NCBI GenBank assembly: GCA_022511265.1
Contig: JAFLRX010000008.1
Location: 6,620-70,619, forward strand
Length of the DNA stretch: 64,000 nucleotides
Source: Eubacterium sp.
GTDB lineage: Bacteria; Bacillota; Clostridia; Oscillospirales; Ruminococcaceae
Direction of reading: 5' to 3'
The notes below the pieces were generated by a model. The model was given only the letters and a program-made list of their open reading frames with translations. It was not told the origin of the DNA and ran no database searches. Positions 29,532-39,907 of this stretch are shown in pieces (positions within the stretch are counted from its first letter, which is position 1; each line of letters opens with the position of its first letter). The position numbers were made by a program, and so were the translations under genes.

Positions 29532-30452
29532 TTATACCAAATCAACAGCTACCGCATGCGCCGATATACCGTCAAACGCGCCGCTGCGGTCATAGCTGAA
29601 CAAGATACCGTCAACCGTTATCTCGACCTCATACAGCCCATCGTCCGTTATACTGCTTATATCAGCGTCGGCAAGCCCGCCCCTGCCGAAATGTATCGGC
29701 GGATAGGAGGTCATCACCTTTACGTCATACTCTGTCTCTTCGCTGACCGATACGCCCACCTCCGCGGGGAGATACGGCAGCTTGTCTCCAAAGCCCTCAG
29801 GGTCTGCCCACAGGATGCCGTACCCGTCGATGTATTCCAGCATGCCCTTCAGCGTCAGCTCGCCCTCCAGCCTGAATTTATTATATTCGGAATTTTTACG
29901 GGCAAAGCCCGCCGTGCCTTTATCGTTATAGTACTGTATGCTGTACCGTGAGAGCGCCTCGGTCACGGTAAGCCCGCCGACCTTATCACCAACCCTCAGC
30001 ACGCTGTAATTATAATCACCCTTACAGCTTTCCTCCGGATAGGCAAGATACCCATCCTCGTCGAAGTTTTCGGGCGAACGCTTTGAATTGTCATACAAAA
30101 GATAATTCGCGTCTATCCTTTTGACTATGGCGTAATCGTAACAGCAAAACTCTGCGGCGCCCTCTTTTTTGTATGATCCCTCGGTCGGCAGAGACAGGTT
30201 GCCGTACTGTATCGTCTCGGGCAGACGGTTTATTTCTTCCTCGCTCTCCGACACAGTCACTTCTGTGGTCTCATCTTTACTTTCAGGTTGTACGGCGATG
30301 GTTATATCCTTTTTCGGTGTTTCTTCCGTTGAGGATATCACACCCGCGCTTTCGGTATCGTCGGCGGGTATGCCGACATGCGCCGTGTTTTCACATGCAG
30401 ATACTGCAAATATCGCTGCTAAGATAATTAACGGTATGATTGCTCTTTTCAT
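29532..30452 (-). CDS. lipoprotein with one copy of the same domain as the anti-sigma factor
   Basis: Lipobox VSAC; YDYAIVKR, LRVGDKVGGLTV, LEGELTLKG, DPEGFGDKLPYLP, GLYEV. Confidence 0.8.
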   Translation of the reverse strand: MKRAIIPLIILAAIFAVSACENTAHVGIPADDTESAGVISSTEETPKKDITIAVQPESKDETTEVTVSESEEEINRLPETIQYGNLSLPTEGSYKKEGAAEFCCYDYAIVKRIDANYLLYDNSKRSPENFDEDGYLAYPEESCKGDYNYSVLRVGDKVGGLTVTEALSRYSIQYYNDKGTAGFARKNSEYNKFRLEGELTLKGMLEYIDGYGILWADPEGFGDKLPYLPAEVGVSVSEETEYDVKVMTSYPPIHFGRGGLADADISSITDDGLYEVEITVDGILFSYDRSGAFDGISAHAVAVDLV

Positions 30453-30760
30453 TGCTTTTTCCTTTCAGTCGTGAAGCTAATATATTAAAAAACAGCGCTG
30501 TTTTGTTGTCGGCCTTTTGACCGCCTTCATAATATAAGACACCAAAATACACCTCTGCGTTACGGGTAATTTTTATTTTTGTGAAAAATGTCAAAAAATC
30601 CGTAGCTGAATTGTTATACATATACAACCTTAAATTGCAATAGTAATTACAAAATATAATAATAATACTATAATTCAATCTTGACTATCGCGGCAAATTG
30701 TGGTATACTGAACTTATCTATTTTACGGCTGATGCCGTACATACGGAAAGGAAGATCACT

Positions 30761-32482
30761 ATGGATAAGACAACTGCACTTTATACCGAATGGCTTGAAA
30801 AGGCGGTATCCGATCCCGACCTTAAAGCAGAGCTCGAAACTATCGACGGCAAAGCCGAAGAGATATCCGACCGCTTTTACCGCGATCTTGAATTCGGCAC
30901 AGGCGGCTTGCGCGGCGTTATCGGCGCAGGCACCAACAGAATGAACGTATACACAGTGGGCAAGGCTACACAGGGACTTGCAAACTATCTTAAAAATACA
31001 GGAAAAGAAAATCTCAGTGTTGCGGTGGCATACGACAGCAGAATTAAGTCGGACGTGTTTGCGCGTCATGCTGCGTCTATCTTCGCCGCAAACGGTATCA
31101 AGGCGCACATCTACCCCGAGCTGATGCCTACCCCCATGCTGTCCTTCGCTGTACGCGCGCTCGGCTGTGACGCAGGTATTATTGTTACCGCCAGCCACAA
31201 CCCCGCAAAGTACAACGGCTATAAGGTATACGGCAGCGACGGCTGTCAGGTTACCCTTACCGCGGCAGAACAGATACTCGGCGAGATAGAAAAGCTGGAC
31301 ATCTTCGCAGATGTTAAGGCATCGGATTTCGACGCGGCTGTAAGCAGCGGCGAGATAAGCTATATCCCCCAGAGCGTTATTGATGATTATATTGCCAATG
31401 TTAAAAAGCAGTCCATCCATCCCGAGCTGTGCGCGGCAAGCGGACTGAAGGTAGTATATACCCCCCTCAATGGCGCGGGTAATAAGCCGGTACGCCGCAT
31501 ACTCAGCGAGATAGGCATTACCGATGTGACTGTAGTAAAAGAGCAGGAAATGCCGGACGGCAACTTTACCACCTGCCCCTACCCCAACCCCGAAATACGC
31601 GAGGCGCTGGAGCTGGGACTCAAGCTGTGTGAGGAAGTAAAGCCCGACCTGCTGCTTGCCACCGACCCCGACAGCGACCGTGTAGGTATCGCTGTGCCTG
31701 ACGGCGACGGCTATGTGCTGTTCACCGGTAACGAGGTGGGCGCAATGCTGCTGGAATACATCGCCCGCGAAAGAATAGCAAACGGCACCATGCCGAAAAA
31801 TCCGATAGCGGTAAAGACGATAGTTACCACCGAGCTGGTACGCGCCATCGCCGCAAAGTACGGCGTACAGCTTATCGACGTGCTGACCGGCTTTAAGTTC
31901 ATCGGCGAGCAGATAGGCTTCTTAGAGGAAAAGGGCGAAGAGGACAGATACATATTCGGCTTTGAAGAGAGCTACGGCTATCTCGCAGGCTCTTACGTAA
32001 GAGACAAGGACGCTGTGGTAGGCTCTATGCTCATCTGTGAAATGGCGGCGTTCTACCGTTCAAAGGGTATCTCGCTGGTACAGGCTCGCGCCGATATGTA
32101 TAAGGATTACGGCTATTACTGCAACAAGCTGGAGAACTTCGCGTTCGAGGGCGAGAGCGGTATGAAGAAGATGAACGAGATAATGGATAAGCTGCGCACC
32201 GACTATCCTCAGACCGTCGCAGGCAAAAAGGTCATCGGACTTGCCGACTATAAGCTGAGCGTAAAGAACGACCTCGTAAACGGCACGCAGGAGATACTCA
32301 CCCTGCCCAAGTCCAACGTCATCACGCTGTATCTTGAGGACAACGCCAGCATCGTAGTAAGGCCCTCCGGCACCGAGCCGAAGATAAAGCTGTACTACAC
32401 CACGGTTGGCGCTGACAATGCCGAGGCTGCCGCAATACAAGAGGCTCTTTCGGCGGATTTCACAAAATACGCGCTTAACTAA
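30761..32482 (+). CDS. pgm: phosphoglucomutase / phosphomannomutase
   Basis: LEFGTGGLRG, TASHNP, DPDSDR, FEESYG, VRPSGTEPKIK. Confidence 0.95.
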   Translation: MDKTTALYTEWLEKAVSDPDLKAELETIDGKAEEISDRFYRDLEFGTGGLRGVIGAGTNRMNVYTVGKATQGLANYLKNTGKENLSVAVAYDSRIKSDVFARHAASIFAANGIKAHIYPELMPTPMLSFAVRALGCDAGIIVTASHNPAKYNGYKVYGSDGCQVTLTAAEQILGEIEKLDIFADVKASDFDAAVSSGEISYIPQSVIDDYIANVKKQSIHPELCAASGLKVVYTPLNGAGNKPVRRILSEIGITDVTVVKEQEMPDGNFTTCPYPNPEIREALELGLKLCEEVKPDLLLATDPDSDRVGIAVPDGDGYVLFTGNEVGAMLLEYIARERIANGTMPKNPIAVKTIVTTELVRAIAAKYGVQLIDVLTGFKFIGEQIGFLEEKGEEDRYIFGFEESYGYLAGSYVRDKDAVVGSMLICEMAAFYRSKGISLVQARADMYKDYGYYCNKLENFAFEGESGMKKMNEIMDKLRTDYPQTVAGKKVIGLADYKLSVKNDLVNGTQEILTLPKSNVITLYLEDNASIVVRPSGTEPKIKLYYTTVGADNAEAAAIQEALSADFTKYALN

Positions 32483-32526
32483 GCCGATTTATTTTACGGT
32501 AAAAAATAAAAATTTTTAAAAAGGGC

Positions 32527-32555
32527 TTGCATTTTACGTTTAGATATGGTACAAT
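32527..32555 (+). promoter_or_regulatory. sigma-A promoter of rpmE
   Basis: TTGCAT-17 nt-TACAAT with TG extension. Confidence 0.7.
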
Positions 32556-32641
32556 AATAGCCTAGGCGCAAAAGCGCCGTTGATCAGACAACTACGGCAA
32601 TGGCTGTAATTTACATGAAATTTTTTCAGGAGGTGACAGCA

Positions 32642-32845
32642 ATGAGAGAAGGTATCCATCCCGAGTACGAGACCACTACCATCACCTGCGCATGCGGTGA
32701 GGTTATCGAGACCCGTTCTACCAAGAAAGATATAAAGGTGGAAATCTGTTCTAAGTGCCACCCGTTCTTCACCGGCAAGCAGAAGCTTGTTGATACCGGC
32801 GGACGTGTGGATAAGTTCAAGAAGAAGTACAATCTCGGCAACTAA
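32642..32845 (+). CDS. rpmE: 50S ribosomal protein L31 (Zn-binding C+ type)
   Basis: [37 protein letters not shown]; AGGAGGTGA RBS. Confidence 0.98.
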   Translation: MREGIHPEYETTTITCACGEVIETRSTKKDIKVEICSKCHPFFTGKQKLVDTGGRVDKFKKKYNLGN

Positions 32846-32873
32846 AAAAAAGCCCCCACAGGGGGCTTTTTTT
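32845..32873 (+). terminator. rpmE terminator
   Basis: AAAAGCCCCC-aca-GGGGGCTTTTTTT. Confidence 0.85.
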
Positions 32874-32875
32874 AT

Positions 32876-33001
32876 TGAATAATGAATAGTGAATAAGTGT
32901 GGGGTCCGCTGCGCGGACATATTAAAAAATTGCGCCGCCCTAAGGGCGGCGCTCCTTAATTATGAATTATAAAACTGTGCGGGAGGCAACAGCCTCCCGC
33001 A
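32876..33001. repeat. cluster of short GC hairpins with GAATA(G/A)T microrepeat (REP-like)
   Basis: GTCCGC-tgc-GCGGAC, GCGCCGCCCT-a-AGGGCGGCGC, TGCGGGAGGC-aaca-GCCTCCCGCA. Confidence 0.5.
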
Positions 33002-33008
33002 TTTTGCT

Positions 33009-34970
33009 TTATTTAATTTCAGCTTTTACTCCGGGTACAGAATTCAGCTTGCCTTTGCCCTTACACGTCCAGCATTTGCCGTCGCCGTGGCAGCCCTGGC
33101 AGGTGACATTTGCCCATTTGCCGCTGCCGCCGCATACTGTGCAGCGTCCCGTGCCGCCGCAGGTATGGCAGAACGCCACCTCGCTGCCGGTGAACGGGGT
33201 CAGGTATACCGAGAACAGACCTTCCCACTTGCTGTAATAATCGCCGTACCAGGTCGATATATACGGTGTCTCCAGTCTGAAATAGAATAAGCTGGGGGTT
33301 TTGCCGGTATAATCCACGTACTGCGCCCTCATATAACACTCTTTAAAGTATTGGGGGTGGGAGGTGGTATTGTAGGTCTGCTGTCCGTTGCCGTGCCATA
33401 TACCTACAAGGTCTGCTGTGATGATAGGAGCGTACGCGCCCAACGGGCTGGTCTCACTGCCGGTGGCGATGCCGCCTGCGGCAAAGCCGAATCTGAGATA
33501 ATCGCGCTTGTTCAGCCATACCTTTATCTCATCGGTCCAGTGGATAGAGTCGTCTCTTATATCCGTCACATAATATCTTCTATAGGTAACGTCAAAGTTA
33601 ATGCCGTCAGCACCCGTCGCAAACTCTCCTGTACCCTGATATTCGGTGCTTGCCTTGCCCGGATCAGGTGTCCTGAAGTAGGACGCGCCGTGCCAGCCTT
33701 CCTTTGCGGTGGGGTCTTTTAGTGTAGACAAAGTAATGGTGGCAGAGCCGCCCTTCACCTTGGTGCTGCCCTGCATTATATAGGGCGTGATGCGGAATTG
33801 CGCAGTCGTACCTGAAGGCATATTGATGGTCAGCGGGGGCTTGGTCACTACCACTGTCGAAGAGGTAAGCATTACCCACTTGCCGTTATAATATTCCTCA
33901 ACATCATAGCCGGAGACAGTGGAATTATGGTTCCATGTAATGGTCACACCGTCATAAGATACATCCGTGGCCTTCAGCCCGGTAACCGCCGCGGGGGTGG
34001 TACACCATGTGTTGCTTGCTAATATGCTGTACAATGCAGTGCTGCCGGACATCTTATATGCCTGGATGCGGAAGCTGTACTCAGTGCCGGGCTTCAGTCC
34101 ACCGACACGGTACTCAGTGGTAGAATTATTGGTTATCTTGACAACGCGTTGCCATGCGGTGCCGACCTTTTGCTCGATTATATATCCGTCGGCAGAGGTG
34201 TTCTTGTTCCAGCCCAGACGCAATGCGTCGGTCGCCCTGCCCTTTAAGGTAAAGCCCTGTACCCCGTTGGGGGATGTGCGCCAGCTGCCGTTGGTATAAC
34301 CGCTGTACAACGCGGTGCTGCCAGACATCTTATACGCCCTTATGCGGAAGTTGTAGGCGGTGCCCGCCGCAAGCCCTGTCACCTTATATTCGGTGGTAGC
34401 GTTGTTGGTTATCTTGGTGATGCGCTGCCATGTTGAGCCAACCTTTTTCTCAATAATATATCCGTCGGCAGAGGTGTTCTTCGCCCAACTGAGAGTAAGA
34501 TAATTATTCGACCTCAATTTAAGGGCAAAACTCTTCATCGCGCTGGGATAAGTGCGCCAGCTGCCGCTGGAATAGCTGCTGTACAGCGCGGTACTGCCGG
34601 ACATCTTATATGCCTTGACACGGAAACTATATGCCGTACCCGCCTTTAGTCCCGCAATGCGGTACTCTGTGGTGGCATTGCTTGTTATCTTTGCGATACG
34701 CTTCCAGGTGGTGCCGTCCTTCTGCTCGACGATATATCCGTCGGCGGAGGTGTTCTTGTTCCACGCGATACGCAGTGCGTCAGCGGCGCGCCCCTTAAGA
34801 TAAAGTCCTGTTATCTTAGAGGGTGCCGACGCGGATTTTTCCTGCGAAAGCACTTCTTCCTGCGCCTGCTGCAATGCGCTGCCCTGATAAATGTTCTGTA
34901 CCGCGGCGCATGACGTGAACAGCATAACTGCTGCCATCAGCAGGGAGATAAGCGATAATCTTTTTTTCAT
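33009..34970 (-). CDS. lipoprotein with four fibronectin type III repeats and a C-terminal DnaJ-type Zn finger
   Basis: Lipobox FTSC; W..NTSADGY..E...W...GL..GT.Y.FR..AY repeats; four CxxCxGxG motifs at the C-terminus. Confidence 0.85.
   Translation of the reverse strand: MKKRLSLISLLMAAVMLFTSCAAVQNIYQGSALQQAQEEVLSQEKSASAPSKITGLYLKGRAADALRIAWNKNTSADGYIVEQKDGTTWKRIAKITSNATTEYRIAGLKAGTAYSFRVKAYKMSGSTALYSSYSSGSWRTYPSAMKSFALKLRSNNYLTLSWAKNTSADGYIIEKKVGSTWQRITKITNNATTEYKVTGLAAGTAYNFRIRAYKMSGSTALYSGYTNGSWRTSPNGVQGFTLKGRATDALRLGWNKNTSADGYIIEQKVGTAWQRVVKITNNSTTEYRVGGLKPGTEYSFRIQAYKMSGSTALYSILASNTWCTTPAAVTGLKATDVSYDGVTITWNHNSTVSGYDVEEYYNGKWVMLTSSTVVVTKPPLTINMPSGTTAQFRITPYIMQGSTKVKGGSATITLSTLKDPTAKEGWHGASYFRTPDPGKASTEYQGTGEFATGADGINFDVTYRRYYVTDIRDDSIHWTDEIKVWLNKRDYLRFGFAAGGIATGSETSPLGAYAPIITADLVGIWHGNGQQTYNTTSHPQYFKECYMRAQYVDYTGKTPSLFYFRLETPYISTWYGDYYSKWEGLFSVYLTPFTGSEVAFCHTCGGTGRCTVCGGSGKWANVTCQGCHGDGKCWTCKGKGKLNSVPGVKAEIK
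33990..34815 (-). repeat. intragenic 276-bp tandem repeat (Fn3 units)
   Basis: GGC(A/G)GAGGTGTTCTT anchor at 34191, 34467 and 34743 (period 276 nt = 92 aa). Confidence 0.9.
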
Positions 34971-35218
34971 AATTCATACCGTCCTTTCTGTGATATGATA
35001 GTCTTTGTCTGTGACATTCAGGTTTTATTTGACTTTTTGACAATTTTGCGGTATACTGTATTTAGTGCCGTGATAATTACTGCATTTAATAATGTATATT
35101 TATATTATAATATCATTGTTTTAGCGAAATGTCAAGGATTTATATTGAAAAAAGAGTATTTTTCTGTTAATCTTGCGTTAATTTTACTGTGCTACTATAG
35201 CTCATCACCGAAAGGAGC

Positions 35219-35911
35219 ATGGCGATGTTTCATATAATGGTCGCAGAGGACGACACCAACACCCGCAAGCTGATGTGTACCGTGCTTAGCCAAAACGGAT
35301 ATGAACCTATACCTGCCGCAGACGGTGTGGAGGCACTGGAGCTGCTGGACAGACAGCACATCGACCTAATCCTGCTGGATGTTATGATGCCGCGCATGGA
35401 CGGATACGAGTTTGTCCGCACCCTGCGAGAGGGCGGCTGTAATATCCCGGTGCTGATGGTCACCGCCAAGGAGACCGCGGCGGATAAGGTACTTGGCTTT
35501 AAGGCGGGCACAGACGACTATATGGTAAAGCCGGTGGACGACGAAGAAATGCTGCTGCGTATAGCGGCGCTGCTGCGGCGCAGCAATATCGTAAATTCTC
35601 ACAGGCTGACCGCAGGCGGCACGGTGCTGGACTATGACGCGCTGACAGTAAGCTGCGGCGGTACCGTACAGGAATTGCCGAACAAAGAGTTTATGCTGCT
35701 GTTCAAGCTGCTGAGCTATCAGAACAAGATCTTTACCCGCAGGCAGCTGATGGATGAGCTGTGGGATATGGAGACAGAGACCGACGAGCGTACGATAGAC
35801 GTACACATCAACCGCCTGCGGGAGAGATTTCGCGGCAGCGAGGATTTTGAGATAGTCACCGTACGCGGGCTTGGGTATAAGGCGGTAATAAAAAACGGTA
35901 ATCAAAAATGA
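35219..35911 (+). CDS. OmpR-family response regulator (HssR-like)
   Basis: VAEDD, LILLDVMMP, VTAK, DDYMVKP, ERTIDVHINRLR, VRGLGYK. Confidence 0.95.
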   Translation: MAMFHIMVAEDDTNTRKLMCTVLSQNGYEPIPAADGVEALELLDRQHIDLILLDVMMPRMDGYEFVRTLREGGCNIPVLMVTAKETAADKVLGFKAGTDDYMVKPVDDEEMLLRIAALLRRSNIVNSHRLTAGGTVLDYDALTVSCGGTVQELPNKEFMLLFKLLSYQNKIFTRRQLMDELWDMETETDERTIDVHINRLRERFRGSEDFEIVTVRGLGYKAVIKNGNQK

Positions 35912-37023
35912 GCAAGGATAGATATATAAAACGGCGATACCGCTCGCTTAATGCTCACATGGTTCTGTATGTTTTTCTGATAATGGTGACCTCCGGCACG
36001 CTGAGCATGATAATCTTTAATATACTTTATTCGCTGGGCGTGGTAAAGGGTACATCGCCTATGCTGCTGCTTTTGGTCACACTGAGCGTCAGCACGATCA
36101 TAGGCAGCATACTGACCGTGATTTTTTCCGGCGTGGTGCTGCGCCCGATGATAGAGCTGTCAAGGGCGATGCAGCGCGTCGCCAAGGGCGACTTTAACGT
36201 GAAGATAAACGAGCTGAGCAGGATGCATGAAATGCAGCTGTTACAGAAAAACTTTAATATAATGACCCGTGAGATGGGCAGCACCGAGATGTTCCGCAAC
36301 GACTTTATCAACGGGTTTTCGCATGAGTTCAAGACGCCGATGGTGTCGGTGTACGGCTTTGCGAAGCAACTGAAAAAGGGCGGTCTGACCGAGCAGCAGC
36401 AGGATGAATACATCGACATAATCCTGTCGGAGTCTCAGCGGCTGATAAATATGTCCGGCAATATCCTGACATTGAACAAGCTGGAAAATCAAGAGATAGT
36501 CACCGACAAGTCCACCTTTCGGCTGGACGAGGAGATACGCCGCAGCATACTGCTGTTAGAGCAGCAGTGGAGCCGCAAAAGTATCACCGTCATCCCCGAA
36601 CTGGAGGAAACAGAATTCTACGGCAACGCCGAGATGCTAAAGCAGGTATGGCTGAACGTGATAGGCAACGCGATAAAATACACCGACGAAGACGGAGAGA
36701 TAACCGTCACGCTGTCAAAAGAGCCTGACAACGAAGTAAAGATAGCCGTCTGCGACAACGGAATCGGTATGGATAAGGAGACGGCGGCAAGGATATTTGA
36801 AAAGTTCTACCGGGGCGATTCTTCCCGCACCTCAAGCGGAAACGGGCTGGGTCTGCCGATGGTAAAGCGTATTATCGAGTTGTGCCGAGGCACCATCAAG
36901 GTAATAAGCGAGCCGGGGCGCGGCACTGAATTTTACATCTTCCTGCCGATAGAGACCCCCGAAAAAGAGCCATGGCAGGAGACAAGAAGAAAACGCAATT
37001 CCGACCGGACTGAATACGCATGA
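35908..37023 (+). CDS. HAMP sensor histidine kinase (HssS-like)
   Basis: Two TM helices, HAMP, FSHEFKTP, NVIGNAIKY, DNGIG, FYRGD, GLGL. Confidence 0.95.
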   Translation: MSKDRYIKRRYRSLNAHMVLYVFLIMVTSGTLSMIIFNILYSLGVVKGTSPMLLLLVTLSVSTIIGSILTVIFSGVVLRPMIELSRAMQRVAKGDFNVKINELSRMHEMQLLQKNFNIMTREMGSTEMFRNDFINGFSHEFKTPMVSVYGFAKQLKKGGLTEQQQDEYIDIILSESQRLINMSGNILTLNKLENQEIVTDKSTFRLDEEIRRSILLLEQQWSRKSITVIPELEETEFYGNAEMLKQVWLNVIGNAIKYTDEDGEITVTLSKEPDNEVKIAVCDNGIGMDKETAARIFEKFYRGDSSRTSSGNGLGLPMVKRIIELCRGTIKVISEPGRGTEFYIFLPIETPEKEPWQETRRKRNSDRTEYA

Positions 37024-37064
37024 GCGGCTGTCCGGCTGAAAAATATATTTGAAAGGGACAAAAT

Positions 37065-39725
37065 ATGTTAGAACTAAAGAACATAACAAAAGACTACAAA
37101 ATAGGCGGCGGTGTTGTCAACGCGCTGAGAGGCGTCAGCATAGACTTCCGCGAGAGCGAGTTTGTCTCGATACTGGGACAGTCCGGCTGCGGCAAGACCA
37201 CACTGCTGAACATCATCGGCGGACTGGACCGCTATACCGACGGCGACCTTGTCATCGGCGGCAAATCCACCAAGCAGTTTAAAAATGCCGACTGGGACAC
37301 CTATCGCAACCACTCTATCGGCTTTGTATTCCAAAGCTATAATCTGATACCGCATCAGACGGTGCTGTCAAATGTCGAGCTTGCGCTGACATTATCCGGC
37401 GTATCAAAGACAGAGCGCAGAAAGCGCGCGAAAGAGGCGCTCGAAAAAGTCGGCCTCGGCGACCAGCTGAATAAAAAGCCCAACCAGATGTCCGGCGGAC
37501 AGATGCAGCGTGTAGCTATCGCGCGCGCGTTAGTCAACGACCCCGATATCCTGCTTGCAGACGAGCCGACCGGCGCGTTGGACAGCGATACCAGTATACA
37601 GATAATGGAGATACTGAAGGAGATTTCCGCCGACAAGCTGATAATAATGGTTACTCACAATCCGGAGCTTGCGGAGCAGTATTCCTCCCGTATAATCAGG
37701 CTGCTTGACGGAAAGGTGATAGACGACTCTAACCCCTATTCCAGAAATGTTGTCGAGCCGATAGAAAAGGACAAAAAGCAGGAGAAAAAGCTGAAAAAGC
37801 CGTCAATGTCATTCTTCACCGCGCTGTCGCTCAGCCTTAACAACCTGATGACCAAAAAGGCGCGTACCTTTATGACCTCGTTCGCGGGCAGTATCGGTAT
37901 TATCGGCATCGCACTGATACTGGCGATATCCTCAGGCGCACGGGCTTATATCGCGTCGGTAGAAGAGGATACACTGTCCAGCTATCCCATCATGATAGAA
38001 AGCAGCTCGGTAGACATGGCGACCATGATGACCTCTATGGCGAAGACTCGTCAGGAAAGCCTTGAACGTGAACCTGAGGACAACACTATATACTCCCTTA
38101 ACGTAATGGGAAATATGATAAACACTATGTTCAGTCAGATACAGTCCAACGACCTCAAGAGCTTTAAGGCGTATCTTGAGGGTGACGGCAATAAGATAAA
38201 CGACTACGTCAGCGATATCAAGTATGAATATGCCACGCCTATGAATATTTACCGTGCCGATACCGAGGACGGTATATTTCAGGTCAACCCCGCGCAGCTG
38301 TTTGACAAGCTGGGCATGACCAACGAGGCAAATTCCGCCGCCGCAATGAGCACGGTGATGAACTCTACCACAGGCGTATGGTCAGAGATGCTGGACAACG
38401 ACGACCTGATGAAAAGTCAGTATCAGCTGTTAAAGGGCAGCTATCCCAAGAACTATGACGAGGTTGTCATCATCGTAAACGAGCGCAACGAGCTGACCGA
38501 CTACAGTCTGTACTGTCTCGGTCTGATGGATGAGGATGATTTGGTGCAGGCGGTCAAAAACGCTTTTGCCGGCAACACCGACAAGATAGATTTTGAAAGC
38601 AACGAAGTCACCTTTACCTTTGACGAGCTGATGGAGCTTGATTTCAGACTGGTGGTAAACAGCGACTATTTCGTTAAAGAAAACGGCGTGTGGGTGGACA
38701 AGAGCGAAGACACCATCTATATGACAGATGTGGTAAACAACGCCGAAAAGATAAAGGTAGTCGGAATTGTCAAGCCGCAGGAAAACGCTATACTCAGCAC
38801 CAATTCTTCGGTGGCGGTAGGCTATACACATGCCCTTACCGAATATCTGATAAACAAGGTCAACGACAGCGAAATAGTTAAAGAGCAGAAAGACAACCCC
38901 GATGTTGATGTGTTCACCGGTATAGAGTTCCCCGACCCCGATGAGGAAGAACCGGAAATCACAATGGAGGACCTTAACGCCTACATCATGACCCTCCCGC
39001 AGGAGCAGCAGATGGCTATTATGCAGCAGCTCCAGCAGGCGCAGGAAATGGGCATGACCGAGCAGCAGATAATCGAGGCGTTCAAGCAGAATATGCCCGA
39101 CAACAGCACCGATGCGACCTATGACGGCAACCTTACCAAGATGGGTGTTTCCTCGCTGGATTCTCCCTACAGGATAAACATCTACCCCAAGGATTTTGAA
39201 TCCAAAGAAGAGATAGAGGCTATCATTGACGAATACAACGACGGCGTAGAGGAAGAGCTGGAAATACGCTACACCGACATCGTCGGTCTGATGATGACCT
39301 CAGTCACCACGATAATCGACGCAATAAGCTATATCCTTATCGCGTTCGTGGCTATCTCACTGATAGTTTCCTCGATAATGATAGGAATAATTACCTATGT
39401 ATCGGTACTTGAGCGTACAAAGGAGATAGGCATACTGCGCGCGATGGGTGCGTCCAAGCGTGATATTTCCCGTGTATTCAATGCCGAGACGCTTATTGTC
39501 GGCTTTGCCGCAGGCGCGATAGGCATAGGCGTGACGCTGCTGCTGTCTATCCCGATAAATATTATCATAGAACAGCTTGCAGAGATCTCCGGAATCTGCG
39601 CGCTGCCGTGGCAGGGCGGTGTGATACTGGTTATCATCAGTATGCTGCTGACCCTTATCGCGGGACTGATACCCGCAAAGGTTGCGGCAAATAAAGACCC
39701 CGTAGCCGCACTGAGAACTGAATAA
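37065..39725 (+). CDS. MacB-like ABC transporter, fused ATP-binding + FtsX permease
   Basis: [37 protein letters not shown]; [17 protein letters not shown]. Confidence 0.93.
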   Translation: MLELKNITKDYKIGGGVVNALRGVSIDFRESEFVSILGQSGCGKTTLLNIIGGLDRYTDGDLVIGGKSTKQFKNADWDTYRNHSIGFVFQSYNLIPHQTVLSNVELALTLSGVSKTERRKRAKEALEKVGLGDQLNKKPNQMSGGQMQRVAIARALVNDPDILLADEPTGALDSDTSIQIMEILKEISADKLIIMVTHNPELAEQYSSRIIRLLDGKVIDDSNPYSRNVVEPIEKDKKQEKKLKKPSMSFFTALSLSLNNLMTKKARTFMTSFAGSIGIIGIALILAISSGARAYIASVEEDTLSSYPIMIESSSVDMATMMTSMAKTRQESLEREPEDNTIYSLNVMGNMINTMFSQIQSNDLKSFKAYLEGDGNKINDYVSDIKYEYATPMNIYRADTEDGIFQVNPAQLFDKLGMTNEANSAAAMSTVMNSTTGVWSEMLDNDDLMKSQYQLLKGSYPKNYDEVVIIVNERNELTDYSLYCLGLMDEDDLVQAVKNAFAGNTDKIDFESNEVTFTFDELMELDFRLVVNSDYFVKENGVWVDKSEDTIYMTDVVNNAEKIKVVGIVKPQENAILSTNSSVAVGYTHALTEYLINKVNDSEIVKEQKDNPDVDVFTGIEFPDPDEEEPEITMEDLNAYIMTLPQEQQMAIMQQLQQAQEMGMTEQQIIEAFKQNMPDNSTDATYDGNLTKMGVSSLDSPYRINIYPKDFESKEEIEAIIDEYNDGVEEELEIRYTDIVGLMMTSVTTIIDAISYILIAFVAISLIVSSIMIGIITYVSVLERTKEIGILRAMGASKRDISRVFNAETLIVGFAAGAIGIGVTLLLSIPINIIIEQLAEISGICALPWQGGVILVIISMLLTLIAGLIPAKVAANKDPVAALRTE

Positions 39726-39732
39726 ATTACCA

Positions 39733-39772
39733 TAACCTCTCCGCCCTTAACAGGCGCGGAGAGGTTATTTTT
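39733..39772 (+). terminator. terminator of TCS-ABC operon
   Basis: ATAACCTCTCCGC...GCGGAGAGGTTATTTTTT. Confidence 0.8.
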
Positions 39773-39798
39773 TGCCTTATTATGCTTATATATGCCGC

Positions 39799-39827
39799 TT
39801 GACATTGCCGCAAAAATATGATATAAT
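39799..39827 (+). promoter_or_regulatory. sigma-A promoter of the solute-binding protein gene
   Basis: TTGACA-17 nt-TATAAT with TG extension. Confidence 0.85.
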
Positions 39828-39907
39828 AATAATGGTTAAATGTAATATATTTGCATTGCCGATATATTCAAGACATATAAGAAGACTGCAGTCTTCTAAC
39901 GAAAGGA

